In this document: one piece after another, positions 12,501 through 23,500 of the stretch
How positions within the stretch are numbered: the stretch's first letter is position 1
How the letters are laid out: every line of letters begins with the position of its first letter
Position numbers and translations under genes: made by a program
Source of the DNA: Ascoidea asiatica JCM 7603
Lineage: Eukaryota > Fungi > Ascomycota
DNA: 64,000 bases
Assembly (NCBI GenBank): GCA_001600695.1
Contig: BCKQ01000013.1
Span: 2,045 to 66,044, forward strand
Direction: 5' to 3'
Notes under the pieces: model-generated
What the model saw: only the letters and a program-made list of their open reading frames with translations
What the model was told of the DNA's origin: nothing
The model's database searches: none

Positions 12501-15500
12501 AAGCCTAAATTAGAAATAAACGATAATAGTTCAACATCCAAAGAAAAAGGAACTTTTTCTGAATATGAGATTAAGGAAGGAAAAGAAATAGAGAAAAAAG
12601 GTTTCTTAACCAAAGTTAACTCTAATGAAGATCAAATTTCAAAAAATAACTTTGTGTCACCATCTCCAACGCCCTCTGAAATAATTAATCAGGGACAAGC
12701 TCCTTCTTATGCAGTGAACCCTAACTCTGGCATCATTGACTGTATATGTGAGATAAATGACGATGATGGTTTTACTATACAATGTGATAAATGCTTTCGC
12801 TGGCAACATGCAAGCTGCTTCAATATTGATATTAATGATGTTCCAGAAATATACCTTTGTGAGAAGTGTGATGTCAAAGCTTTTGCCAAAAAGAAAATAG
12901 ATATTAAACGAGTTAAAGAGATTCAGAAATTCAAAATAACAGAATTGCAACTAGCAAATCAGAATCAACTTTCTTCTCAACAACATGCTCTGTCTTTACC
13001 TCCAGTTCAACCTGAACCTTTGATAGTAAAGCCAGCAACCTCTGATACATCACTGCTTTTAGATGATAAAATAATTGCAACTATAACTCCAGATACTTTA
13101 TTAGAAAAAGAAAAGGACAAAGAAAAAGAAAATTTAAAAGTAGAGCTAAAAATTGAATCCCCTGTTATTACTGGACGAAAAAGAAAAAATACAGAATCTG
13201 CTAAAACGCCGAGTGAAGTAGCTTCCACTTTACCTGTATCAACAAAAAGAAATAAAAATGAGAATGAGAATAAAAGAGGTAAAACATCATCTAATTCAGC
13301 AACTGAGAATATTTCAAATAACCAAAAAAACAAAAAAAGAAAGAAAGAACAAACAGAAGAAGAAGAGGCCAATTCAAAATTAATTACTAAGTTTGAATTA
13401 ACTGGAGATAATTTTTATAAAGTTGCATACTTTAACTTGAACAATTTAGAATATAGAACAATTTTTTTAAAAAAATATTTTTTAGTTGAATTACCTTTAA
13501 TTGTTAAAAAATTGACCGAAAATTTTGATTTGAATTCTCTAAATGTTATTCCAATAAACACAGAAAAATATCAAAAACTTTCATTTCCACACTTGGTTGT
13601 TAGATCTATATTTGACTCTGATGGAGCTGCAACGAGGCAAGGATCAAAATTTTCTGGAATATCTAATATGGGTTTATACACAGAAGATAATATACCTTCT
13701 GCAAACTATTTAATTGGAGAATTTTTAGGTGAATTAGATTTGCAAGAGAATTATATTAGAAATCCAATTAATCAATACAGACTGTGGGGAGTTCCAAAAA
13801 ATTATAATTTTTTTGTTAATTATTTAATCGAGGATTCTATTAATGAAGGTTCTGGTGACTCAAAATCTGCTAATGAATCCTCCGATGAACCTGTAATGGA
13901 AACTGTTATTAACTCAAATGCTGAAAAGTTTAATAAGTTTGCTGAAGAAAATTTATTGCTCCCTTTATATGTTAATAGCAAAATATCGGGAAATGGTACT
14001 AGATTTATAAGGAAAAGTTGTTATCCAAATTGTAAATTACAGACTGTTTTATTGAATAATAAAAAAGGAAATTATAAAGTGAAGTTTTATTTAACATCTC
14101 TTAAATCGATTGAATCAAATACAGAATTAACTATAAGTTGGGAATGGAATAAAGAGCATTTATTTAACAAAGTTTTCACTTCAAAAGTTATTGGAAGTAT
14201 TAATGATAATAATGAGCAAATCAAATCTAATTTTAATTCTCTTTCAGAAGATGAGAAAGTTGAATTAATTTCATCTATTGAAATGATTTTAAATCAATGT
14301 AAATGTGGTTGTTATGCGCCAGGTACTAATGTTAATAATTCCGATTGTAAATTATTGAAAATTAAAAAAATGGGTAGTTACTATTATAGATCAAATAAAA
14401 AATTAAAGACCAATAAAGTTTCGAATTTTAATTCAAATGATAATGCAAATAGTTTGCCTACAGACGTACTGGATATAGAATCACCATTGAGTGGAAATAA
14501 TACTGGAATTTGTAATACTAGTTCAATTTTACTTGATGAAATTGCGGAAAAAAGAGGAGTAATTGAAAAAAAAAATGGTAAAGTAAGTATAAACGCAAGA
14601 CTTGAATTTCGTGATAAATTAATTGAAGAGAAATTGAAGAAAGAAGAAGAATTAAAGCAAAGTTTAATTGAAAAGGCCAAAGATGAAGATGAAGCTCCTA
14701 AGGATGTCAAAATCAATGATAAAACATTGGATGTAGATACAGATACTTTGATGAAGGATGTGAGTGAATCTAATGATTTGATTATAGATAAAGAAGATAA
14801 TAATTTGGAGGACTCAAAAGATCAGAAAGTTTCAAAAGATAATAAAGATTTTAAGGATGAGGATGAATTGAACAATATCAGTGAAAATGAAGATATTAAA
14901 AAGGATTTAACTAATGAACCTGATGGTAATTCAATAAAGTTTGAAACTTGTGTTAAAAGAAATAAGAAATTTCAAGATAATTTTTCATTTTTACCTTATA
15001 AATATAATTTAATTGCCAAATCTATTAAAAAATGTGATGTGAATTTAGATATAAATGGGAAAATGGATGTTAAATCTAAAGAATTGATTGATGAAGAATA
15101 TTTACCAGTTCCAATCAAATTAAAATCTAACTTACAGTTAAATCTTTCCAGTGATATAACTTCAATAGAAGTTAGTAATGATAGTGAATCAAATATCAAT
15201 GGTATCAATGGTATCAATAATAATTATAAAAATAGTAATAATAAGGTCAATAATACCAATAACAATGCTGATAGTAATAATATTGATATTAAAAAATTCA
15301 GCATTGATGGTAATATTGATACTAACAGCAGTATTAATAATAGTAGTGTAAATAAAGGTAATAAAATAGAGACTGCATTATTAGGTGGGTCAGCATCACC
15401 AGTTGAAATTATAACTGGTATAGATGGTCTTGGAATGGACTCACCTTCAACGTATACTGAAAATAATAAAGAAGAAAATAATAATTCTCAAAAGCCTTTA

Positions 15501-15563
15501 AAAGCAGTTAAAAAATTATCATATGCTGATTATTTAAATAGAAAAAAAAAGAAATCAGTCTAA
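9507..15563 (+). CDS. SET3: Set3 PHD/SET-domain histone deacetylase complex subunit with large N/Q-rich insertions
   Basis: N-terminal LLEDASTLLMFS, PHD finger CICEINDDDGFTIQCDKCFRWQH...CEKC, degenerate SET domain (GNGTRFIRKSCYPNC) and C-terminal KKLSYADY. Confidence 0.92.
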   Translation: MTERNKISPNINKVQNNQQNNSNNQNNSNNSNNINAITMKDPSLLEDASTLLMFSNAAILNSHVQSQSQSQSQSQIKNLNLNMNQPHQRYPSNHSVNSNSNSNSTISNVNNINNLNNLNNLNNLSNINNLNNFSNIQNPQNYNQVLNQNQNQNQNQNQLPLLVSSTSIPNNNNNNNNNNNINIKKHTTYPNILSNSNSISSPSPPLTSLLLSSNKTINNNNNNLNQNINQNINHFNNHSYRNIVNNTNSNSNTNTTNISNNNYNNHNHSRNHSNHHSNSNPNSNSITPSPPLSNTNKSIPGPASAVLFSINDTNNNNNNNNISNDNNDINNNNKLNQSNIYSSNILNSSFNSNSTLTDNNSNNNNNNNNLSVNSSLYNYNLSNQSQNQIPNQNQNQNQNKNTFLNKFSTSFINNPQNSNDDKQHNINLINNNYNNTNHNRNPNNISNLLNNDSNISSNNNINNINKNNNFNNFNNFNNRNNINNINNINNINNINNLNNMNNLNNNSPHTNVKAIVAAAALADAAAQPLPLNHHFHSHSQSQPQSNPISQPQPQPQIQPQIQSNRSVSAQSRIKKNALENLMNPTNSYIHSTSPSPSIIPNLSLNPINQLKNSIKSISTIQLTQPIQPIQTSMTLQSIQPNQVISKLSTSQNNKSNKIIKPLKVTKSSKQPKSVKPPKSIKPTKPNKSKQVKQIKPNIITQDSSKINIQNFLNKNDKDNKNFNNQSLINNEIISNNKSSNINFIPPSTNISTSTTTHNNNTNNNSNAKNSIKKNTIASLLSNNYSSAPENKSQPSISTQLPIQSQSQLNTQTQMEKQVEFNMQIPQKQQAHQSNQLSISNLISPSNDYNYLSNVVKNQALKQAMNQSSNQPISQPSIQVQNQAQNQAQNQNQISEKVSGQVPSQIKVSNKPQVINEANENKITLTSNSIQPSLSVSIPLSKAAQKNLMNHEILNIKPKGKVAKAKTKKSKKNAISNLIDDNTDLNYLKPVGEKITLDIKPKLEINDNSSTSKEKGTFSEYEIKEGKEIEKKGFLTKVNSNEDQISKNNFVSPSPTPSEIINQGQAPSYAVNPNSGIIDCICEINDDDGFTIQCDKCFRWQHASCFNIDINDVPEIYLCEKCDVKAFAKKKIDIKRVKEIQKFKITELQLANQNQLSSQQHALSLPPVQPEPLIVKPATSDTSLLLDDKIIATITPDTLLEKEKDKEKENLKVELKIESPVITGRKRKNTESAKTPSEVASTLPVSTKRNKNENENKRGKTSSNSATENISNNQKNKKRKKEQTEEEEANSKLITKFELTGDNFYKVAYFNLNNLEYRTIFLKKYFLVELPLIVKKLTENFDLNSLNVIPINTEKYQKLSFPHLVVRSIFDSDGAATRQGSKFSGISNMGLYTEDNIPSANYLIGEFLGELDLQENYIRNPINQYRLWGVPKNYNFFVNYLIEDSINEGSGDSKSANESSDEPVMETVINSNAEKFNKFAEENLLLPLYVNSKISGNGTRFIRKSCYPNCKLQTVLLNNKKGNYKVKFYLTSLKSIESNTELTISWEWNKEHLFNKVFTSKVIGSINDNNEQIKSNFNSLSEDEKVELISSIEMILNQCKCGCYAPGTNVNNSDCKLLKIKKMGSYYYRSNKKLKTNKVSNFNSNDNANSLPTDVLDIESPLSGNNTGICNTSSILLDEIAEKRGVIEKKNGKVSINARLEFRDKLIEEKLKKEEELKQSLIEKAKDEDEAPKDVKINDKTLDVDTDTLMKDVSESNDLIIDKEDNNLEDSKDQKVSKDNKDFKDEDELNNISENEDIKKDLTNEPDGNSIKFETCVKRNKKFQDNFSFLPYKYNLIAKSIKKCDVNLDINGKMDVKSKELIDEEYLPVPIKLKSNLQLNLSSDITSIEVSNDSESNINGINGINNNYKNSNNKVNNTNNNADSNNIDIKKFSIDGNIDTNSSINNSSVNKGNKIETALLGGSASPVEIITGIDGLGMDSPSTYTENNKEENNNSQKPLKAVKKLSYADYLNRKKKKSV

Positions 15564-15860
15564 AAGAATTTATAGAAATATTAATTCATAAATTTTTTCA
15601 AATTTATTTTGATTTTATTTATTTCAAGTTATTTTTCACTTTTGACACTAGATGTTTGTTTGTATAAGTAGTCTTTTTTTGTTTTTATTTTAGTTTTTGT
15701 ATTTATTTATGTTTTAGTTTGTGTTCAATTTGTATTTTTTATAAAATTTATGACTTTTATCAATAGATTTGAGAAATTAATCTTTTGGATAGACTTATGG
15801 AGGTTTCGATAGTATTTTTTCTTCGGATTAAGTAAATAAGTTTCAACATCAAATTGATGT

Positions 15861-15910
15861 TAATATAATATAATATAATATAATATAATATAATATAATA
15901 TAATATAATA
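15861..15910. repeat. (TAATA)10 microsatellite
   Basis: Read directly from the sequence. Confidence 0.95.
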
Positions 15911-17545
15911 AAAATTAGGAATAAAATGTAGAATCTTTCAAAAATTTGTAGTTTAACAAATACCCTTTAACATATTAAATCAAATAGAAATGCGTGGGTC
16001 AGGTTCAGCGCAAGATCACCAGCCCCAAACAAGCACAGGGACTCTTTTTTTCTGGAGTGGGCTCAGCCATAAGCTTCGAAGGCCTTGCAGTTGATTGCAT
16101 TTATTGTATTTTTCAAAACATCTTCTCTGGAGACCAGTTTAAGGGAACTTGGTTTTGTTTTACAGTAGTGTTCTTTTGTTCTTTTATGCTCTGTTATTAT
16201 CACGCTTTCTGAGTTCCGGCCTTTCCTGTAAGGATTTCCGGGCTGTAAAATTGTTTTGTCAACGTGCTGGTGCATGATAAGCTTTTTGAATGACGCTCTG
16301 AACCTGATTGGATCCCAAGAAGGAAAACGGAACGTTGTGGATTGTGTGTGTACAATACAGCTCTTTCAGAGAGCGTCGAAGCTCAGTAAGTTGAAAAAAG
16401 TAGCGAAGTAAGCTGAGACAATTGCTAACTCCAGTAAATATAGTACGGTAGAGCTGGTAACGCTGAACTCTGGAGGTGGCTCGCAACGGCGGAATGCACT
16501 TGGACAGCCCTTTTACTGGTTGGGTTTAAGGCCTGTTCTGCTGGTTCCATTGACCTTTTGAGATTGTTTTGTTTATGCTGCATTCATTCATTTATTCATT
16601 TACTATTCGAGTATTTCATGCTTACTGTAGTAGAACTACTAGTATTAGCAGTAGTAGATCTTAAAGTTTGAATATCAAATAGTGAGAGAAGAAACATTGA
16701 ATGATAATCATGGAAATATCAAGAAACAATTTTCAAAGAAATGAATCAGTTAATAAATCATTTAAATAAACAATAATCGATCAAAGTTTCAAGAGTTGAG
16801 AGCTTTAAATCTTGACATCTTGAAATTTTGAAATCAAAAATACTGTATAAATAACGATTAACCAATTTGTAAATTTGTAAATTACAAAATAATGAAATGG
16901 CAATTTCATTAAGATATGTTGAAGTCAAGATTTGAAGTTATTTAAACTAAATTCACTTTCTGGGCTTACATAAAGCTAACTTTATGAATTCTTTAGGCTG
17001 TTTAATGTAGATTAATTTCATTCTATATTTTTTTTTTTTATTTTTAATACGTATAATGAATAACTATTAAAGGAAATATTTTCGATTCCCTTTATACTAT
17101 TTTTTATAGAATATTATTTTATTATCCTTTAATTGAAATATTCTTGACACCATTATACTATTACTATTAAAGTATCTTCATATTTTTATATATCTCTGAA
17201 TTTAATCAATGATTATATAACTTTTATTTCTATTTCATATTCCAGTTTTACCATAACCAAAACATTAAAATTCAATCATATATTATACTTAATATTATAA
17301 CCAAAAAAAATACTTTAATCTGGTTCAAATTTATTATAACATTTATCAAATTATCCTAAGATTAACATCAATCTAAGAAACCCTTGTTGATCATGAAATA
17401 TCTTTAAATCATTTTATATCATATCTCATTGACTAACTCATCTAATCTAATTTATTATTATCAAATTCATCTTTTTTTAATTACTCTTTACTGTGTATTT
17501 AATATTCATTTATCTTCAATAAAATTCATTTAATACTCTCGCATA

Positions 17546-20266
17546 ATGGCTTCTCAAAGAGACCTAACTAATAATAGTGATAGTAATAGTAATAGTAATA
17601 GTAACAATAACAATAACAATGACAATAATGAAGACAAACAACAACACCAGAAGCAGATACTGAATTCAAAGCAAAATGAAAATAACAGCGATAATCAAAA
17701 TGAATTCACATTCATCACAACTGACAATGAAAAAAAAGAAAATAATAAAATTAAAGAAAACTCTTCCATACTTCTAGATCCTACAAGAAATACTTGTTTA
17801 AAAAGTTCAGATACTGCAAAAACTGTAGCAACAAATGTAGAATTAGAAGATTCAAAGCTTCTAAATACTTTTAATAATAACAATAATAACAATACCAATG
17901 CCAATATTGATAATAATATTTCAAATTTAAACGTTAAAAGAGATTTAACAATTTCTTCAAATTACTCAAGTTCAACTTCAATAACAAAAGTTATACCGCC
18001 TTCAATAATTTCAAATCCATTTAGTGATAATAAATCAATTAATCAACAAGTTAATAACACCGATATTAATATTAATACTGATAGTAATAGTAATAGTATA
18101 AGAAATAGTAATAATGGAAGTAGTAATAGTAGTATTAAGAATAATAGCAGTAGTACTAATGACAATATAAATAATGAGATTGATGATTCTTCATATTCTG
18201 ACAATGATGATAATATAATAGAAGAAAATATAAATAATAACATAAATATAAACAATAATGATTATATACCAAATGTTGATAATAACCATTTAGTAAATTA
18301 TAAACATAAAAATTTAGATAATTCAAAAACTCCTCCCACGAATACAAATTACATAAATGAAAATACTATTATCAATAATAATAGTAATCAAAATATTAAT
18401 AATATTAATAACAAAAATGTTTCAAGAGATATTTTAGGTAATGATTTGATAGAAAATTATACAAATCCCTCAGTTTCTTTATTATTACCTGCTTCAAATT
18501 ATGATAGGTATCCATCTGTAAAACATTCAAACAATGATAGCAATAAAATCAGTTCTTCAATAAGTTCAAATGAAGTTTTAATAAATTCTCAAAGTTCATA
18601 TAATGATAATGATAATGACAAAAATAGTAATGATAAAATTGATAAAAATTCAATATTTAATGATTCGAACTCTTCTTTAATTTCTCAAAAATTACAAATT
18701 CAAAATTATGTTTCTCCTTTTGGCGGTTATCCTTTTACTTCATTTCCTTTACAGATTGAAGAACAAGAATCTGACGATTATATACATAATCCCGATCCAA
18801 TAGAAGATGCAAAATATGATAAAAATCATTTTCTTTATGATTTAAAAGCAATGGATAAAAAATCTGGTTTTGGTTTATTAACTTTTTGTTTTTTATTTTT
18901 TGGTGCAATTGCTTTATTTGTACTTTTACCAATTTTTACTTATACAAATGTAATTAATCATGAAACTACCATAACTCTTAAAACAATTAATTTACTAACT
19001 GAATACTCATATCCAACTTTATCATCAGTTAGACTGAATTTAATTGATCCTGATACCCCATCTGATGCTTTGAATATAACTTCGAAAGATGGGGATACAT
19101 GGGATTTAGTATTTTCTGATGAATTTAATAAAGAAGGTAGAACTTTTTATGATGGTGATGATCAATTTTGGATATCTCCAGATTTTCATTATGATGCCAC
19201 AAAAGATTTAGAATGGTATGATCCAGATGCCGTAACAACAAAAAACGGTACTTTAATATTAACAATGGATCCTTATAAAAATCATGATTTATTTTATAGA
19301 TCTGGGATGGTTCAAAGTTGGAATAGAATGTGTTTTACTCAAGGAAAATATGAAGTTAGTGCTCAATTACCAAATTATGGTAATGTATCTGGTCTTTGGC
19401 CTGGTATTTGGACAATGGGAAATTTAGGAAGACCTGGTTATTTATCAACTACTGAAGGAGTTTGGCCATACTCTTATGAAAATTGTGATACAGGAATAAC
19501 TCCAAATCAATCATCTTCAGATGGAATCAGTTATTTGCCTGGTCAAAGATTGAATTCTTGTACTTGCAAAGGTGAAGATCATCCAAATAAAGGAACAGGA
19601 AGAGGTGCTCCAGAAATTGATGCCTTAGAAGGTGCTCAGGATACAAATTTAAAAGTTGGAATAGCTTCTCAATCACTTCAAGTAGCTCCATTTGATATTT
19701 GGTATATTCCGGATTACAGTTATATTGAACTTCATAATGAAACAGTTTCTTCTATAAATACATATGCAGGAGGACCTTTTCAGCAAGCTGTATCTGCAAC
19801 ATCAACTTTAAATAATACTTGGTACGAATTTGGATCTGGATTAGAAAAACCTAGATTTCAGAAATTTGCTTTTGAATATTTAAATGATAATGATAACGGT
19901 TATATAAGATGGTTTGTTGGTGACCAACTAACTATGACAGTTCATGCAAAATCTCTTCATCCTAATGGAAACATAAATTGGAGAAGGATTTCAAAAGAAC
20001 CAATGTCTATGGTGTTAAATTTAGGAATAAGTAATAATTGGGCATATATTGATTGGCAAAGTATTAAATTTCCCGTAACAATGAAGTTTGATTACGTTCG
20101 AATTTATCAGCCTAAAGATGCTGTTAATTTGGGATGTGATCCGGATGATTATCCAACTTATGATTATATACAAGATCATTTGAATGCATATAGTAATTAT
20201 AATTTCACTACTTGGAAAGAAGCCGGGTATGAATTCCCAAAAAATACTTTACTAGACAATTGCTGA
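17546..20266 (+). CDS. KRE6: Beta-1,6-glucan synthesis protein, Kre6/Skn1 family (GH16, type II membrane protein)
   Basis: DDYIHNPDP, a single TM helix, LIDPDTP, LVFSDEF, DLEWYDPDA, GLWPGIWTMGNLGRPGY and GRGAPEIDALE. KRE6 vs SKN1 cannot be resolved by eye. Confidence 0.93.
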   Translation: MASQRDLTNNSDSNSNSNSNNNNNNDNNEDKQQHQKQILNSKQNENNSDNQNEFTFITTDNEKKENNKIKENSSILLDPTRNTCLKSSDTAKTVATNVELEDSKLLNTFNNNNNNNTNANIDNNISNLNVKRDLTISSNYSSSTSITKVIPPSIISNPFSDNKSINQQVNNTDININTDSNSNSIRNSNNGSSNSSIKNNSSSTNDNINNEIDDSSYSDNDDNIIEENINNNININNNDYIPNVDNNHLVNYKHKNLDNSKTPPTNTNYINENTIINNNSNQNINNINNKNVSRDILGNDLIENYTNPSVSLLLPASNYDRYPSVKHSNNDSNKISSSISSNEVLINSQSSYNDNDNDKNSNDKIDKNSIFNDSNSSLISQKLQIQNYVSPFGGYPFTSFPLQIEEQESDDYIHNPDPIEDAKYDKNHFLYDLKAMDKKSGFGLLTFCFLFFGAIALFVLLPIFTYTNVINHETTITLKTINLLTEYSYPTLSSVRLNLIDPDTPSDALNITSKDGDTWDLVFSDEFNKEGRTFYDGDDQFWISPDFHYDATKDLEWYDPDAVTTKNGTLILTMDPYKNHDLFYRSGMVQSWNRMCFTQGKYEVSAQLPNYGNVSGLWPGIWTMGNLGRPGYLSTTEGVWPYSYENCDTGITPNQSSSDGISYLPGQRLNSCTCKGEDHPNKGTGRGAPEIDALEGAQDTNLKVGIASQSLQVAPFDIWYIPDYSYIELHNETVSSINTYAGGPFQQAVSATSTLNNTWYEFGSGLEKPRFQKFAFEYLNDNDNGYIRWFVGDQLTMTVHAKSLHPNGNINWRRISKEPMSMVLNLGISNNWAYIDWQSIKFPVTMKFDYVRIYQPKDAVNLGCDPDDYPTYDYIQDHLNAYSNYNFTTWKEAGYEFPKNTLLDNC

Positions 20267-20557
20267 TAAGTTTCAAATTTTTTTTTATTTCTTTTTTTGC
20301 TTTGTCATTTTTTAATTTTTTTTTTTTTTTTTTTAAAATTCAAGTAATTTTTTTTTGTTTTTAAATCATTTGAATTTTCAGTTCTTTTTATTTTCGATTC
20401 CTTTTTGCATAGAAAAGATTATACATTAATGTACATTACAAATAATAAATGGGGTATACAAAATTGTAATTTACATTCAAAATTGAAGGACATCATTGCT
20501 TTGGTAGTTCAAATTCTATTTATTAAATCTGATAGTATATTTCAATTTCAATCTTAA

Positions 20558-23500
20558 TTAATTAGAGGCAACAGCTCTTGCAAGCGTATCAGGAAATCCA
20601 GCCAAGAGCCAAGTCTTAATCACATAACTATATCTTTCTAAATTTAAGGTAAATTTCCCCGTTCCATTTATTGAAGCTCTTCCACTTTCACCATGTTCAT
20701 TTAAATAAGGAGCATTTATTATTGTATTGAAAAATTGTTGTTCGATTTTATAGTTTATTACGATTTCATTTGTTTGAGGAGAAAGAAAAACACCCAAAAA
20801 TGTTGAGCATTCATCTGCGATATGTTTTTTAACATGCCTAGAATTGAATATCTTTTTACCACATTGTAAACATATGAGAAAATCATTATCTTTATTGAGT
20901 GAAGGTTCCGATCCAGAAAGAATAGTGTTAAGCATTGTGAAGTTGGGATCAGATTCATCAGCTTCTGAACCTAACGATCCCATGCTTGATAAATAAGATT
21001 CATTATCAGTTAAAAACTCAGATAGCTCTAGCGGTAAATTGATTAAACTTACTACTCCAGGGTAATCAATGTATAGCGACCCATTCGTTGACAAGCATCT
21101 CGGAGAAAGCAAATCAGAAATAAGCATCGAGTTAGTATCGCTCATAATATCTTCAAAAACCATATTTAAAGGTTGCAATTTCAAAAATTTCAGTAAGGAA
21201 TAGATTATTCCTGCACCATCAGAAACAGTTAAATCTCCTTTGATTTGTTTTAGGCATTCCTCAAATTCCATATTAAGAGACGACATGTTATTCCGATTTG
21301 AACCAATTGCCATTATAAACAATATAGTATTTCTTAAGTATGGTAATATTGTCTTTTCAGTTATAGACAAAAATACTTTTGAAAGTGCATAGATATTTTC
21401 ATCTGATAAGGAGGTATCCTTATTGCAACGCAACAAAAAATTTAAAAAAGGCCTAGAACGGCTCTGATCCTTAACTGAAAGACTAGAAGAAGAACAAAAA
21501 GCAGCAACCTGGGTCTGATCTATAGAGCATCTTTTAATAATTGAATAAGAGTTAAAGAGAATTTGAATCTTGAAATATGATGCTATCAATTTATTTCCAG
21601 GAATATTAGATTGAAAGAGCATAGTTAATAGCTGAGAGAAAAAATTATTTTCGTTGTGCATAGGAAATGTCAAAACTGTGGTTGCAAACGCACCATGCCC
21701 CTTTGAAATAAATCTATCCACTAATTCTGGCTTTAGTATACTTAGAATGATCCTAGTTTGAATCAAAGATTTTATAGCATCCAAAGAGTTAGGGCGAATT
21801 CTATAGACAAATTTTTCATACGATTCATCACCATCAAACCTAGAGGATATTTCGTGCATAGAAATTGTGTTGCTTATCAAGAAAGAAATATTTCTCAAAG
21901 TTTCATCTAAAGTATTCCTCTGCGATGAAGGATCTAAAAGTCTAGCAATATCAAAAACAATCCCACATAAATGATCAATTAAGCTATTTTTAACTGAAAA
22001 GTTTTTGGAGTCAGAATTTTTAGAACTGTATATCACCTCCAACAATTGACTAGAAAAGCAAAATTTACTTAATGTCAAACAATTTTCTTCTTTGCCGTCC
22101 TTGAAAGTTTCTCCTTCGGCTGCAACCAACTCATTAAAAGAAGGTTGGCAAAAAATATCAGTTAAACTTTTCAAACCAGTAATTGATGTTTGTGAAATAA
22201 TAAAACTGGGAATGAAGCAATTATTTAAAGAATTACATAATGGACACCTAAACATTTTAACTCCTCGGTTCATCTGGTACGAATTTAAGCGAGAAAAACA
22301 AGAAAAGTGGATTCCATGGTTACAAGAGGTGAAAATTTTTTTTTTGTCAAAATTTTCAATCCCAAACATAGTTTCGGCTTCTTTTTTACATTTGATTTCA
22401 GAATAATTAGCTTTAACAGGAAAAAATGTTGAAGGTGCTTCTGATAAATCCGACGAAGTGTCAAAAATATTTTCCCATTTATCAAATCCACGCTTGATAT
22501 AATCTGGACTTCCAAAAGGTATTTTCCAAAAGCTATGATGGTCTCCAATATATCCATAAATTCCAAAAAGATCTTCGTTATTTTCTTGTTTTTGACAAAT
22601 CATACATGTTCGTAGCTCGTTTTTTCCACTTTCATTAATTCCATCGTTATCTTCATCTAAGCTTGCTTGATCCGAACTATTTTTTTTCTCAAATTCAGAC
22701 TGCTGAGTTTTGAGCTGCTCAAGAGCCTTTTGTTTATTTTTCTTAGCCATTCTCTTTTTCCGACCTTCTGAAAAAGTTTTTGATTTATTTTGTTTACTGA
22801 AAGTTTCTCTTATTTCTTCTTCGGAAAAAGATTCCAAAAGCATAGGAATGACCAAATCCTCTCTTTTTTTAATTAGGGATTTCAAAATAGTTAACGACTT
22901 TTTTTTGATCAAATTAGATTGTGTACTGGATCTTGTTAATTTGTAAAGTAAATTGATAATTGCATGCTTTATAAGAGACTCATGAAGATCAGAACTGTTG
23001 CTTTTTAAAACTCTCTCATTATCAATAATCATGGCATGTATCAAATGCAATGAAAGAGTTAAAACATTATAATATTCATCCTTCTGAATAGAAATCTTCA
23101 AAATTATGGTTAATATTCCAATAAAATAAGGGTTTCTAACAAAATTACTGAATTCGCAGAGCCCTTCTGGTAATTCTTGAAATTGAGGTGTAATTACTAT
23201 TTCCTCTATTTTGTTAGCATTTTTTCTACTTTTTCTTTTTCTAGTCATTGATGTGTCCTGAGCTAAATCTTTGGAATGAGATATACAGCCTCTGATTAAG
23301 AATGCAGCATCATCAGGAGAATCACAATATGCACAGTACGGATCGAGTGTTGTAATTATATCTGGTTTTAACATATAAGTACCTTCATCATTAATACCAG
23401 CAGGAGGTTTGAAAACTGACACCTCTTTCAAAGCTTCATCAAACTTTTTATCAGCTGTTACAACACGAGGTAAATTATTTGAAAATTGATGATAACTTAG

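Noticed and set aside
15994-16560. Short ORFs, or a U5 snRNA loop-like CCTTTTAC near 16510
   Set aside because: The ORFs have non-host codon usage and no motifs. The loop match is inexact and lacks a convincing U5 stem or Sm site.
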